Shown one piece after another: positions 24,710 through 33,488 of a stretch of DNA of 43,094 nucleotides. The stretch's first letter is position 1; every line of letters begins with the position of its first letter. The translations under genes and the position numbers were made by a program. The notes beneath the pieces were generated by a model. The model did no database searches. It worked only from the letters and a program-made list of their open reading frames with translations, and had not been told where the DNA came from. Origin of the DNA: a virus (lineage: Duplodnaviria; Caudoviricetes); IMG/VR virus record IMGVR_UViG_3300050003_000007, positions 1 to 43,094 of that record, one strand, 5' to 3'.

Positions 24710-27700
24710 TATTTACCCTCCTTCGTTTGCGAGATAAGATTCTTGGTCTGACGATAGATTTCAACCTCGGATAGAGCCTTGGGCGACGTATTGTTCTGAG
24801 TGTAGTTGTACGTGTCACCAGAACCGTTCGTGCCATCCCCGTTTGCGGGTGTTTCCCGATTTTCCTCAAAGCCGTTATTCGCATTCTGAGCACTGCTAGA
24901 AATTGTGCCCAGATCAAACACCGGAGCTGCGAGAATATCGGCTAGGGAAGTGGCTTCCTTCTTGACTTGCGAAAGGTCAAGAACTGGCGTAATAGTCGGG
25001 TTGAAATCGATCAGATCGCTACCCAGAACAGAACTCAATCCACTCAGAGTTTTGCCCATGGAATCAACGACGTTCTCACCGACGTCTTCTGCGGCCTTGG
25101 CTCCGAGATCCGAATAGTCATTCAGACCCTTAGCCATACCGAGCATCAGTTGCTTGGACATCCAAATGAACTTCTTGGAAGGTGAAGCAATCCCGAAGAA
25201 ATCCATTACGGCATTCCAGGCCTTCTTACAAATATCGACAATCGCACCGATAACCTTCTTGACCAAGGCCCACAGACCACGAACGATACCTTCGATGATG
25301 GCCGTTGCAATATCCCAACCAGCATCGACGATTCGCTCGCCACTGTTTCGAATTGCATCCGCGATTGCGGCGATGAAGTCGAACACCATGTCGACAGCAG
25401 CATCGATGATCTTTCCGGCGTTCCTACCGATTCCTTCCAGAACCGCAACAATCATTCGAGCACCTTGGTCAATCACAGCGCCCAGATTATCCGCGATGCC
25501 CTTCATGAAACCGATAATGATCTTCATACCGCGATCAACCATTGTGGGTACTGCTTTGGCAAGCTGATCGAGAATTTCCACGATCATATCGACGACCGCT
25601 TTGACAACCTTGGGCGTCACCGAAATGACAGCGTCAAGGAACGCATTCATGACTGTGGTAATTGCTGCTAGAATCGAAGGTCCGGAGACCGCGATCACAT
25701 TGGCAAAGGCGATCAAGCCGAGAGCAATCTGCTCCATTACGTATGGGATCAGCCCCACCAGGCCGGCCACGATTCCCACGATGGCTGCAACTGCCCCAGT
25801 TCCCGCAGCCGCAAGGACTGTGAGACCTGTAGCGAACGCCAATACACCAACGCCTGCTGCCAGAACGGCAAGACCCAGAAGGGCTATACCCGCAGCAAGG
25901 GCAAAGATCACTGGAGCCAAAGGCCCCAGAAGAAGTCCTGCAGCTCCCACAATGATGAACACGCCAGCCAAACCAACGAGTCCCTTGATAATTTCTTCCC
26001 AGCTCATTTCACCCAGCGTAGTAAGCACTGGGAGAAGAAGCCTAAGAGCCGCGGCCACAATCATGACGGCTGCAGCACCAGAAATCGCTCCTTGCATGAC
26101 GCGAACTGCACCAGCAATGAGAATGAGAGAAGCAGCAAGAAGCGTAAGCCCCTTCGCAATCTCACCCCACGTCATGCCTCCCATTTTGCCTAGCGCGTCC
26201 TGAATGATCTGTAGGGACGCTGCAACGACCAATACCGCAGCCGCATTGAGCAACGAACCAGCAGGAATCAACTTCAAAGCCGCGGCAATCGAGATCAAGG
26301 CCCCTGCCAGGACCGTCATACCTCGACCGATCTCGTCCCACTTCAAACCGGACATATCTTTCACACCGGCGGCGATCAACTTCAAGGCTGAAGCCACAAT
26401 GAGAAGACCAGCACCCTTGAAAACGGCGCCTTCAGGAAGGAGATTCATCGAGGCTGTGATCAAACCAAGACCAACGGCGACGCCAGTCATTCCTCGAGCA
26501 AGTTGCTCCCAATTGAACTTCGTGAAATCTTGTACCGCACTTGCTAGAATCTTCAGACCCGTTGCAAGCAGAACAATTCCTGCTCCCTGCGTGATGCCGC
26601 CTTTGTCTGCTTCCGCAAACTTGGTGAACAACGCCAGGGAAGCCAACAGAGCACCGACACCAACCAAGCCCTTGGATAGGGTGCCCCAGTCCATCTTACC
26701 GAGTTCTTCGACCGACTCCGTCAAAAGACGTATAGCAACTGCAAGGACTGTGAGTCCTGCCGCGGTACGAATCATTCCCGGTGCGACGGTATTCAAACGA
26801 TTGCTGGCCGCAACCAAAGTGGTCAACAACAAAGCCACGGCAATAAGACCGCGGTGCAAGACCTCCAGTTTGATAGCACCCAGTTTTTCAACCGAACTTG
26901 CCAAGATACGAACAGCTGTAGCCAGAAGTATCAGCCCAGCAGACATCGCGCCTACTTTGACTGCAGATCCTCCGGAGCTAATTTTGTTGAAAGCCATGAA
27001 CGCAAGGCTCAATTGAGTGAACATCACAGCAATGGCCGCGGAACCTCGCGTCAGACCAGCGGCATCGATATCCGCCAGCCCAATCAAAGACAAGGTAAGA
27101 ACACCGACCGCTACCGCAATGGCAAGCAACGCAGTCGCATTCAGTGCGTTCTGCATGCCTTCAAGAGCACCGGTCAAACCGTCCAATGCATCGGTAATTC
27201 CGCTGAAGACTCCGGAACCACCTGAAAACATATCGCTCAGATTGCCCAGAAATTTCTTCAGTCCGAGAACAAGAGCGGCAAACAGGCCAGTATTGATGGC
27301 GCCCAAGATCGCATCGAAATCCAGCCCACCTTGGAAGACGCCAGCAATAGCAGCGCCGACCCCTCGAGCCCAATCGATGAATTCCTTAGCAACACCCTTG
27401 ACCTTGTCGGCAACCGTCTCGAAGATGTTTTGTATTTTCTCCCAGACGCTGCCAATGAGCCTGCCCAAGCGCTCCAAAGGATCAAGCGAGTCTGTGAGCT
27501 TGTTGACCGATTCTTCCGCATCGCCACTGTCCAAACCGCTGAAAAGATTACCCAGCAATCCAGCAAGGGTTTTGATCAGATTTATCGGGACGGAAATGAT
27601 CTTCCCGAGGACTTCGAAGATCTTTCCGAAAGCATCACCATCTTTGATTGCCTGATGAAGCGCAACCAAGAAGTCACCGATGCTGCCCGTGAATTCCAGG

Positions 27701-29136
27701 AAACCGCCGGAGCCTTGTGTCAGACTTCCAACGAGATCGAAGATGAACTTGACACCGGCTTTGATCAGTTCCCAGCCGATTCCCAAGATCGCAAAGAACC
27801 CCGCGAATGTCCTCCGGAGGTTATTTGCAGTTTCCTCTCCTATTTTGAGCCTTTCCATGAAGTCTCGGAAAGAAACCGTCATGTCGTACAGCTGCTGAGC
27901 TGTAGTCGCCGGGAAGATCTCCCGGAAGGCATCCTTGATAGGTTTCAGGATGTTCATCAACGCTTGGAATGCGTTACTAATGCCGTCAATCAGGGCCTGA
28001 CGGCCACCAAGGTCTTTCCAACCCTGTAGAAGGTTGTTTCGAGCTTCAGCAGAATCGCTGATCATCTTGCCGAGAACGTTGTTTACCCCGGTGAAGAGTT
28101 CTTTCGCCTCATCGAAGTCACCGAAGACGATTTGCCATGTCTTGGCCCAGCCAGACCCTACTGCTTCTCGCAGAGTGTCCAGAAGCTGAGACATGGTCTT
28201 GACTTTGGTGGCCGCATCGACTGCGGTCTTACCCATCTCAAGAATTCCCGCAATTTGTTCTTCGGTATAACCCATCGACTTAAGCTGATCGGCTGTCAAA
28301 TCACCCGTGAACTTGCTGAGGGTCTCAGTCAGAAGCTCAGTGGTAAGCCAGCCTTCTTGTAGGCTCATTCTGAATGAGCCATTTTTCTTGATGAGATCGT
28401 CGACTGCTACACCGTGTACACGAGCGGTTTCGATCAGGGCGTCTTGGAAGACCTTTCCGCCCATTCCCGCATTAACTACCGAGTTCCAGTCTTCCAGTGA
28501 TACCTTGCCTGCTGCCAAAGCTTGCGACAGCTGATACATCGCCGCTGAAGCTTGTTCGGCGTTTGAACCAGACACCGCAGCAAGGTTAGCAATACCCTTG
28601 ATCGCGTTGGTTGAGACATCAAGACTCACTCCTGCAGCCGTGAACGTACCAATGTTCTTGGCCATTTCAGAGAAGTTGTAGATCGTCTGATCCGAATAAT
28701 GATTCAGATCATTGAGAGCCGCATTGACCGTATTAAGACCTTCAGCGCCTTTCAGACCGGTGTTCGCCAGAATGGTCTGAATGGAACCTAGATTTGTCTC
28801 GTATTCCCGAAAACCAGCAAGTACTGGTTCGATGGAGAGAGACTTCGCCAATTGCAAACCTGCATTTACGGCCTTGTTGACAATATTCGAGAGGGCTGTG
28901 ATTGCTGCAATTTCAAGAGCGCCAAACTTCTCCGCGAATGCGGAAACTTGATTTTGAGCACCAGCGGTGTTGAAACTCCCAACCGCTGAGTTAACTTCGT
29001 TCAAGCCTTGTGAGGCACCATTCAACTGCAACGCTTTGTTCAGAGCCTGGAGCTGTGACATCGTTGAGCTGACGCCATTGGCGAAGGCGGCGTTGTCAAA
29101 CTTCATACGAACAACGCGCTCTTCAATGCTACTCAT
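24709..29136 (-). CDS. Tape measure protein
   Basis: 1475 aa, Ala/Gly/Leu-rich helical repeats; tape-measure N-domain (YSDQTIYNFSEM...AMYQLSQALAAGKVSLEDWNSV). Confidence 0.93.
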   Translation of the reverse strand: MSSIEERVVRMKFDNAAFANGVSSTMSQLQALNKALQLNGASQGLNEVNSAVGSFNTAGAQNQVSAFAEKFGALEIAAITALSNIVNKAVNAGLQLAKSLSIEPVLAGFREYETNLGSIQTILANTGLKGAEGLNTVNAALNDLNHYSDQTIYNFSEMAKNIGTFTAAGVSLDVSTNAIKGIANLAAVSGSNAEQASAAMYQLSQALAAGKVSLEDWNSVVNAGMGGKVFQDALIETARVHGVAVDDLIKKNGSFRMSLQEGWLTTELLTETLSKFTGDLTADQLKSMGYTEEQIAGILEMGKTAVDAATKVKTMSQLLDTLREAVGSGWAKTWQIVFGDFDEAKELFTGVNNVLGKMISDSAEARNNLLQGWKDLGGRQALIDGISNAFQALMNILKPIKDAFREIFPATTAQQLYDMTVSFRDFMERLKIGEETANNLRRTFAGFFAILGIGWELIKAGVKFIFDLVGSLTQGSGGFLEFTGSIGDFLVALHQAIKDGDAFGKIFEVLGKIISVPINLIKTLAGLLGNLFSGLDSGDAEESVNKLTDSLDPLERLGRLIGSVWEKIQNIFETVADKVKGVAKEFIDWARGVGAAIAGVFQGGLDFDAILGAINTGLFAALVLGLKKFLGNLSDMFSGGSGVFSGITDALDGLTGALEGMQNALNATALLAIAVAVGVLTLSLIGLADIDAAGLTRGSAAIAVMFTQLSLAFMAFNKISSGGSAVKVGAMSAGLILLATAVRILASSVEKLGAIKLEVLHRGLIAVALLLTTLVAASNRLNTVAPGMIRTAAGLTVLAVAIRLLTESVEELGKMDWGTLSKGLVGVGALLASLALFTKFAEADKGGITQGAGIVLLATGLKILASAVQDFTKFNWEQLARGMTGVAVGLGLITASMNLLPEGAVFKGAGLLIVASALKLIAAGVKDMSGLKWDEIGRGMTVLAGALISIAAALKLIPAGSLLNAAAVLVVAASLQIIQDALGKMGGMTWGEIAKGLTLLAASLILIAGAVRVMQGAISGAAAVMIVAAALRLLLPVLTTLGEMSWEEIIKGLVGLAGVFIIVGAAGLLLGPLAPVIFALAAGIALLGLAVLAAGVGVLAFATGLTVLAAAGTGAVAAIVGIVAGLVGLIPYVMEQIALGLIAFANVIAVSGPSILAAITTVMNAFLDAVISVTPKVVKAVVDMIVEILDQLAKAVPTMVDRGMKIIIGFMKGIADNLGAVIDQGARMIVAVLEGIGRNAGKIIDAAVDMVFDFIAAIADAIRNSGERIVDAGWDIATAIIEGIVRGLWALVKKVIGAIVDICKKAWNAVMDFFGIASPSKKFIWMSKQLMLGMAKGLNDYSDLGAKAAEDVGENVVDSMGKTLSGLSSVLGSDLIDFNPTITPVLDLSQVKKEATSLADILAAPVFDLGTISSSAQNANNGFEENRETPANGDGTNGSGDTYNYTQNNTSPKALSEVEIYRQTKNLISQTKEGK

Positions 29137-29510
29137 GCAGAGGTCACCGCCTTCCATACAGTCTCTGCGATTTCATCGAATATCGGTCGCATCGCCGGAT
29201 TGATGTAATCTCGTCCTTGAATCCAACCGCCGGTCCCTGTTCCGTGACCGTACTGCAGCATCAGGGCTACAGGAAACCCATTCTCTACGTCTATATTCTT
29301 CCACCAAATGGTAGTGGAAGATTTTGTATGCTCGATTTCGTACGACCAAGAATTTGCTGCGATCCCCGAATCTTTCGGTGTACCAGCCGCCAAAGCCCGC
29401 ACACCCTTCTGGGCTTCGTTATCGCAAATCTTCTCAATATCGAGGTGTTGCATGGCCGCAAGGAACTTGAATGTTTTATCGAACGACCCTTCCGAAGAAA
29501 AGGAGATCAC
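29133..29510 (-). CDS. HK97 gp10-like tail completion / neck protein
   Basis: TPKDSG...SW...LQYGHGT...GRDYINPA. Confidence 0.75.
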   Translation of the reverse strand: MISFSSEGSFDKTFKFLAAMQHLDIEKICDNEAQKGVRALAAGTPKDSGIAANSWSYEIEHTKSSTTIWWKNIDVENGFPVALMLQYGHGTGTGGWIQGRDYINPAMRPIFDEIAETVWKAVTSA

Positions 29511-29521
29511 AAGGCCTCCTA

Positions 29522-30664
29522 TTAGTCACTGAGTCGTGTGATGGTGAAGTCGTTTCGGTTGCCGAAGGTATCGTCAGCTTGGTCAGAGATACTGGTGGTG
29601 GGTGGTTGGTAAGCCGCACCAACGGTTTCACCAGCGGCCAAGCGAACACGAACGCTGAATTGACCCGTCGCAGTTGCGGGAATATTGCAGTAGTATCGTG
29701 CACCGGTCAAAGTGTTATCATTGACCATTTTCGCACAGATGAATGCGCCTTGGCCGGTCCCAGCAGTGGTAATGATGTTTCCACCGATGAGATATTCGCC
29801 GCTTTTGTTGACAATGATTCTACGTGCCGTGCTCAGACCGCTACCTGGGATACTGAACCATTCGTTGTCCGGGTTGTAGAAATCTTCCGTACTGTCGATC
29901 GTGTTGTACGGAACACATGTCGGACTACCGACCGAATACACTTGAGTTCCCGTACGCACTGCACGAATCTTGGGGAGACGCTTTCCCGCATTCAAGGATA
30001 TCCCGACCCAGGCATCGGTTCCCGTCTTCAACAGCCGAACAGCACCATATCCGGGCATAGCATTCGATGCTCCGCTGAGAGTCACACCTCCCGACGGGTT
30101 TATCTTTACGCCGCCCGCTCCAATAGCCACACATTCGATCCAAGCCCCAATGGGATATGGAATAAATGCATTCTGTGGAATGGACATCGTCACTTGTGCG
30201 GTCAACGACGAGTGGTTGACAAGAACGGTTTGATATGCGTCGGCTAACGCGAAAGTGCCGTTCGCCGTCAGAGTTCGAGCAACAGTCAGAAGGTTTGAAG
30301 CATCCAACTGCGTTTTGTTCACCACATCGTCAGATGCAGTACCAGCCGCAGCCTTTGCACGTCCATCACTCAGACGACGCATGACCATATCGGCCGTTGC
30401 GGCTGTAGAAGTGTCGATAACCTTCACAAAACTATCGGCACTAATTCCTTCAAGAAGTTCGGAGTTTGCCGCGGTCCCCAATAGCGGAAGATAGTCGGAA
30501 TGAAAAGCTATATTCAACTCCGACCATGGGCTGGTACCGTTACCGATCTTGATGATTCCGGTGTCAGTCGTAACACCCAACTCGCCAGCAGCCAGAACGT
30601 AATCGGACGTGGTCCACACCGCTTCAGTGGCACGCCGCTGTTGCATACGTGTGCCGTCTGCCAT
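29522..30664 (-). CDS. Tail fibre with Mtd/hyaluronidase-type N-terminal domain
   Basis: QQRRAT...W...LAAGELGVTTDTGIIKIGNGTSPWSEL; beta-rich C-terminal head. Confidence 0.75.
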   Translation of the reverse strand: MADGTRMQQRRATEAVWTTSDYVLAAGELGVTTDTGIIKIGNGTSPWSELNIAFHSDYLPLLGTAANSELLEGISADSFVKVIDTSTAATADMVMRRLSDGRAKAAAGTASDDVVNKTQLDASNLLTVARTLTANGTFALADAYQTVLVNHSSLTAQVTMSIPQNAFIPYPIGAWIECVAIGAGGVKINPSGGVTLSGASNAMPGYGAVRLLKTGTDAWVGISLNAGKRLPKIRAVRTGTQVYSVGSPTCVPYNTIDSTEDFYNPDNEWFSIPGSGLSTARRIIVNKSGEYLIGGNIITTAGTGQGAFICAKMVNDNTLTGARYYCNIPATATGQFSVRVRLAAGETVGAAYQPPTTSISDQADDTFGNRNDFTITRLSD

Positions 30665-31413
30665 TACAGCGCACCTCCATCGATGGTTTCGACGACCGGT
30701 TCATACGGATCGCCTGCGTCGTAGGTCGCAAATACCGGTGTGTATGGCGTACCGGCATCGTAAACCTCGTCCAGATATGAATCGAACAGGAACAGGAGTT
30801 CGCCGGGTGTCGGCAAAGACGAATCCGTCGTCTCAGTTCCGTACAGAAGATCTTCTAGTTGTGTAAGCAGCTCGGTCGGAATATCCCGAGAGTCCACAAT
30901 GAAATGTGCCGATGGACGATAGCCTTCCACCGGTACTGCTCGAGACGTGATTCGCCAATTCAACGTCAACGGCTCGTTTTGTTCGAGAAGAGTTCGATAT
31001 CCTCGGTCCGAGGGCTCTGCTTTCAGGTTATACAAGATGTGAATCTTGTACGCTTTGTTCAGACCAGCCACATCGTTACCGACTTTGGATCGATAGACCA
31101 TATTGAATGGTCGGCGTCGTTGTTGAGTGATCCGAAGACCATTTTCAGCACGATAAGTCCCATCGCACCGTTCGAATTCTTCGGGATATGTATAGGCTTC
31201 GAGAGTTCCTTCGAATTCTTCGGGAGATGAACGATTACTGATCTTGATTCCATCGAGATAGCGCGGTGAGGATTCGCCGCCGGACTGTTGTTGGTTGAAA
31301 TTGACCAACCCCAACCACGGAATACCGGGTTGTCCTTCCACGAACAATACTCCCCGATCGATCCCGGCCTCGAAGTATCGGTTTCCTACTTGATCCCAAC
31401 TGATTCTCGTCAT
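30664..31413 (-). CDS. Second tail-tube-like protein (paralogue of the major tail protein)
   Basis: WDQVGNRYFEAGIDRGVLF...EAYTYPEEFE...AYKIHILY aligns with 31972-32859. Confidence 0.8.
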   Translation of the reverse strand: MTRISWDQVGNRYFEAGIDRGVLFVEGQPGIPWLGLVNFNQQQSGGESSPRYLDGIKISNRSSPEEFEGTLEAYTYPEEFERCDGTYRAENGLRITQQRRRPFNMVYRSKVGNDVAGLNKAYKIHILYNLKAEPSDRGYRTLLEQNEPLTLNWRITSRAVPVEGYRPSAHFIVDSRDIPTELLTQLEDLLYGTETTDSSLPTPGELLFLFDSYLDEVYDAGTPYTPVFATYDAGDPYEPVVETIDGGAL

Positions 31414-31422
31414 CGCACCTCC

Positions 31423-31953
31423 CTACCCTCTGGTGTTGTGCTTAGCAAGCCGACTTTTGTTCAAAGCTTTTCTTTCCGCTGCCGACATCTTTCTCTTCGG
31501 CGTATTTTTGACATTGACTGTTCGAATCAAAGTAATCAAACGGTTCAAATGCCAATATTGAAATTCTACCGGGATCTTCAAAGAGATCATCCAGTAGTAG
31601 ATTAACTCGGTCGTGATAATTTCTCTCGAACCGGAAGCATTCGGGTCGGTATAAAGCTTTGTCGCCGTCATCTCATCGGAGATGTACGCCTCAATCTTCG
31701 CGGAATGTTCATGAATGAGTTTCTGGAAAACTCCCGGAGGAAGTTCTTCGTTCAGAATCATGAATTTCACATAGGAAATCGTTTGTTGGGAAGTCTTCGG
31801 CTTCGTGCCGAGAAAAGGTTCCTTCCACAATGACTCCCATTTTGACGCGGAGACCAAGGAATGCTCGAGCTTCACCCTGAATGACTTCGAAACGACGAAC
31901 TTGTTGTTCTCTTCGTCGAACGATTCCTCAGTTGCGACGTCGATCTCGAGCAT
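31423..31953 (-). CDS. Tail assembly chaperone-like protein
   Basis: Position after the major tail gene; LEHSLVSASKWES, ELIYYWM, WHLNRL. Confidence 0.65.
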   Translation of the reverse strand: MLEIDVATEESFDEENNKFVVSKSFRVKLEHSLVSASKWESLWKEPFLGTKPKTSQQTISYVKFMILNEELPPGVFQKLIHEHSAKIEAYISDEMTATKLYTDPNASGSREIITTELIYYWMISLKIPVEFQYWHLNRLITLIRTVNVKNTPKRKMSAAERKALNKSRLAKHNTRG

Positions 31954-31971
31954 TCCCGGTCTCCGTTCGAG

Positions 31972-32859
31972 CTAGGCGAAGGTGATGAGCCACTCGTCCT
32001 GGACCGGGGTCGGGAACTTGTAGCCCGTGAGCGGCCGCGCGCGCACGAGAGTGTTCGCCGTGATCGGATCCGTGGCACCGGGAGGAACGACCTCGCCGTC
32101 GATCAGGTACTCGACACCGGTGACGGTCGGGATGGTGATGACGTCCGTCGACGAGTTGTACGTTGGCGCCGTCGGAGTCGCCAGAGTCAGCGTGGAGGCC
32201 ATGATCGCGATGACGTCCGCCGGCAACGGCATCGTGGGGTCCTCGGACGATGTCCCGTACAGGTAGCTCTCCAGCGTGGCCAGTTTCGCCGGGTCGACCA
32301 GTGTGCTGTCGATGGTCATGCTGGCGGTCGGAGCGTATTCGACGCTCAGAACCGTACCCACGGCAACTGCGGTGGTCGTGACCTCCCACGAGAACGTGAT
32401 CGCCTCGGGCGAGTCGTTCACGGTGGCGTATGCCTTCTCGGAAGGCGCCGCGAGACAACCCCACACCAGGTGCAGCTTGTAGCCGTAGTTGTTTCCCTGG
32501 GTGTCGTTACCCTTCTGCGTTCGGTAGCAGAAACCGAAAGGCTTGCGCGGCTGCTGCCCGACGCTGACGCCAGCAGTGGGCGACGCCGATCCGTCGTTCT
32601 CCTCGAACTCGGGCGGGTAGTAGTAGGCCTCGATAGTGCACCCGAAGTTCTCGACGGAGATGAGGTTCAGGTACTTGATGTTGTCCGCGTACTGCGGACT
32701 GGCTTCGGCTCCGGAGGGCGATTCGGTGACGGTCGTCAGACCGTTCCATGCCACACCGTCGACGTACTCGCCGGCCTCGTCGACCTGGAACAGGACGCCG
32801 TGGTCGACACCGGTTTCGTACATGCGCTGGCCGGTCTGATCCCACGTGAGGGTTGCCAT
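31972..32859 (-). CDS. Major tail protein with C-terminal Ig-like domain
   Basis: WDQTGQRMYETGVDHGV, AWNGLT, YADNIKY, GYKLHLVW; strongly GC3-biased codons. Confidence 0.9.
   Translation of the reverse strand: MATLTWDQTGQRMYETGVDHGVLFQVDEAGEYVDGVAWNGLTTVTESPSGAEASPQYADNIKYLNLISVENFGCTIEAYYYPPEFEENDGSASPTAGVSVGQQPRKPFGFCYRTQKGNDTQGNNYGYKLHLVWGCLAAPSEKAYATVNDSPEAITFSWEVTTTAVAVGTVLSVEYAPTASMTIDSTLVDPAKLATLESYLYGTSSEDPTMPLPADVIAIMASTLTLATPTAPTYNSSTDVITIPTVTGVEYLIDGEVVPPGATDPITANTLVRARPLTGYKFPTPVQDEWLITFA
32113..32139. repeat. 27-bp exact repeat shared by the tail and capsid genes (copy 1)
   Basis: GACACCGGTGACGGTCGGGATGGTGAT, also at 33663-33689. Confidence 0.85.
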
Positions 32860-32871
32860 GCGTGCTTCCTT

Positions 32872-33171
32872 TCAGAAGTAGATGTTGAAGACATCGTGGT
32901 TCAAGTTGTCCGCGACGTAGAACCGTTCATGCGAGCACATCGGAAGTGCCGCGATTGTGTCGAACGCGGATTGATCGGGATTCCGAGTGATCATAGTCAC
33001 TTGGTATTGTTTGGTGAGACGATAAGTCCCATTGTTGGCGAAAGCCGAATCAGCTCTGGCCCTTTCGTACCGAATTGCAGGATATTCCATTTGCACATTG
33101 GGCGGAGGTTGGAAATATACGTTGGGCAGAATCGTCTCAAGCACTGCTTGCAGCGGATCCCTCTGGACCAT
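32872..33171 (-). CDS. Tail terminator
   Basis: NVYFQPP...YPAIRY...DNLNHDVF; position. Confidence 0.75.
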   Translation of the reverse strand: MVQRDPLQAVLETILPNVYFQPPPNVQMEYPAIRYERARADSAFANNGTYRLTKQYQVTMITRNPDQSAFDTIAALPMCSHERFYVADNLNHDVFNIYF

Positions 33172-33478
33172 TGTATACACCTCCCAGCCTCAGTAGAAGG
33201 CGGGGACTCCGGACCTCAACTTCGGTCACTTCCCACCGAGTCCCCGCCCACTCTACATACCGAATGGCAAAGAAATGTTCGTTCGCGTGCGCATCCGACA
33301 CGATCGAGATGGAATTCGAGACACGAAGGTCGCTGTTGACCTTTTCGTCGTTCTCGGTTCCACGACTGTTTCGAATAACGTCTCCGGAATATATCCGGTA
33401 CTGAATGACTTCTTCGTGAACGCCGTTTCCTTGATCTTGTGTCTGACCGAACCCGACCTTCCCACGGAACCTTGCCAT
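33137..33478 (-). CDS. Head-tail stopper / head closure protein
   Basis: SNSISIVSD...IRYVEWAGTRWEV...PRLLL; follows the capsid gene. Confidence 0.75.
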   Translation of the reverse strand: MARFRGKVGFGQTQDQGNGVHEEVIQYRIYSGDVIRNSRGTENDEKVNSDLRVSNSISIVSDAHANEHFFAIRYVEWAGTRWEVTEVEVRSPRLLLRLGGVYNGPEGSAASSA

Positions 33479-33488
33479 TCCGGACTCC

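Noticed and set aside
25154-28029. Long plus-strand ORFs opposite the tape measure gene (similar ones at 33528-34886, 32470-33339, 11013-11933)
   Set aside because: Antisense shadows of codon-biased genes; no RBS or recognisable motifs; all credible genes are on the minus strand
29522-30664. Mtd-like fibre suggesting a diversity-generating retroelement
   Set aside because: Only the N-terminal Mtd-type domain is similar; no reverse transcriptase and no TR/VR repeat pair seen
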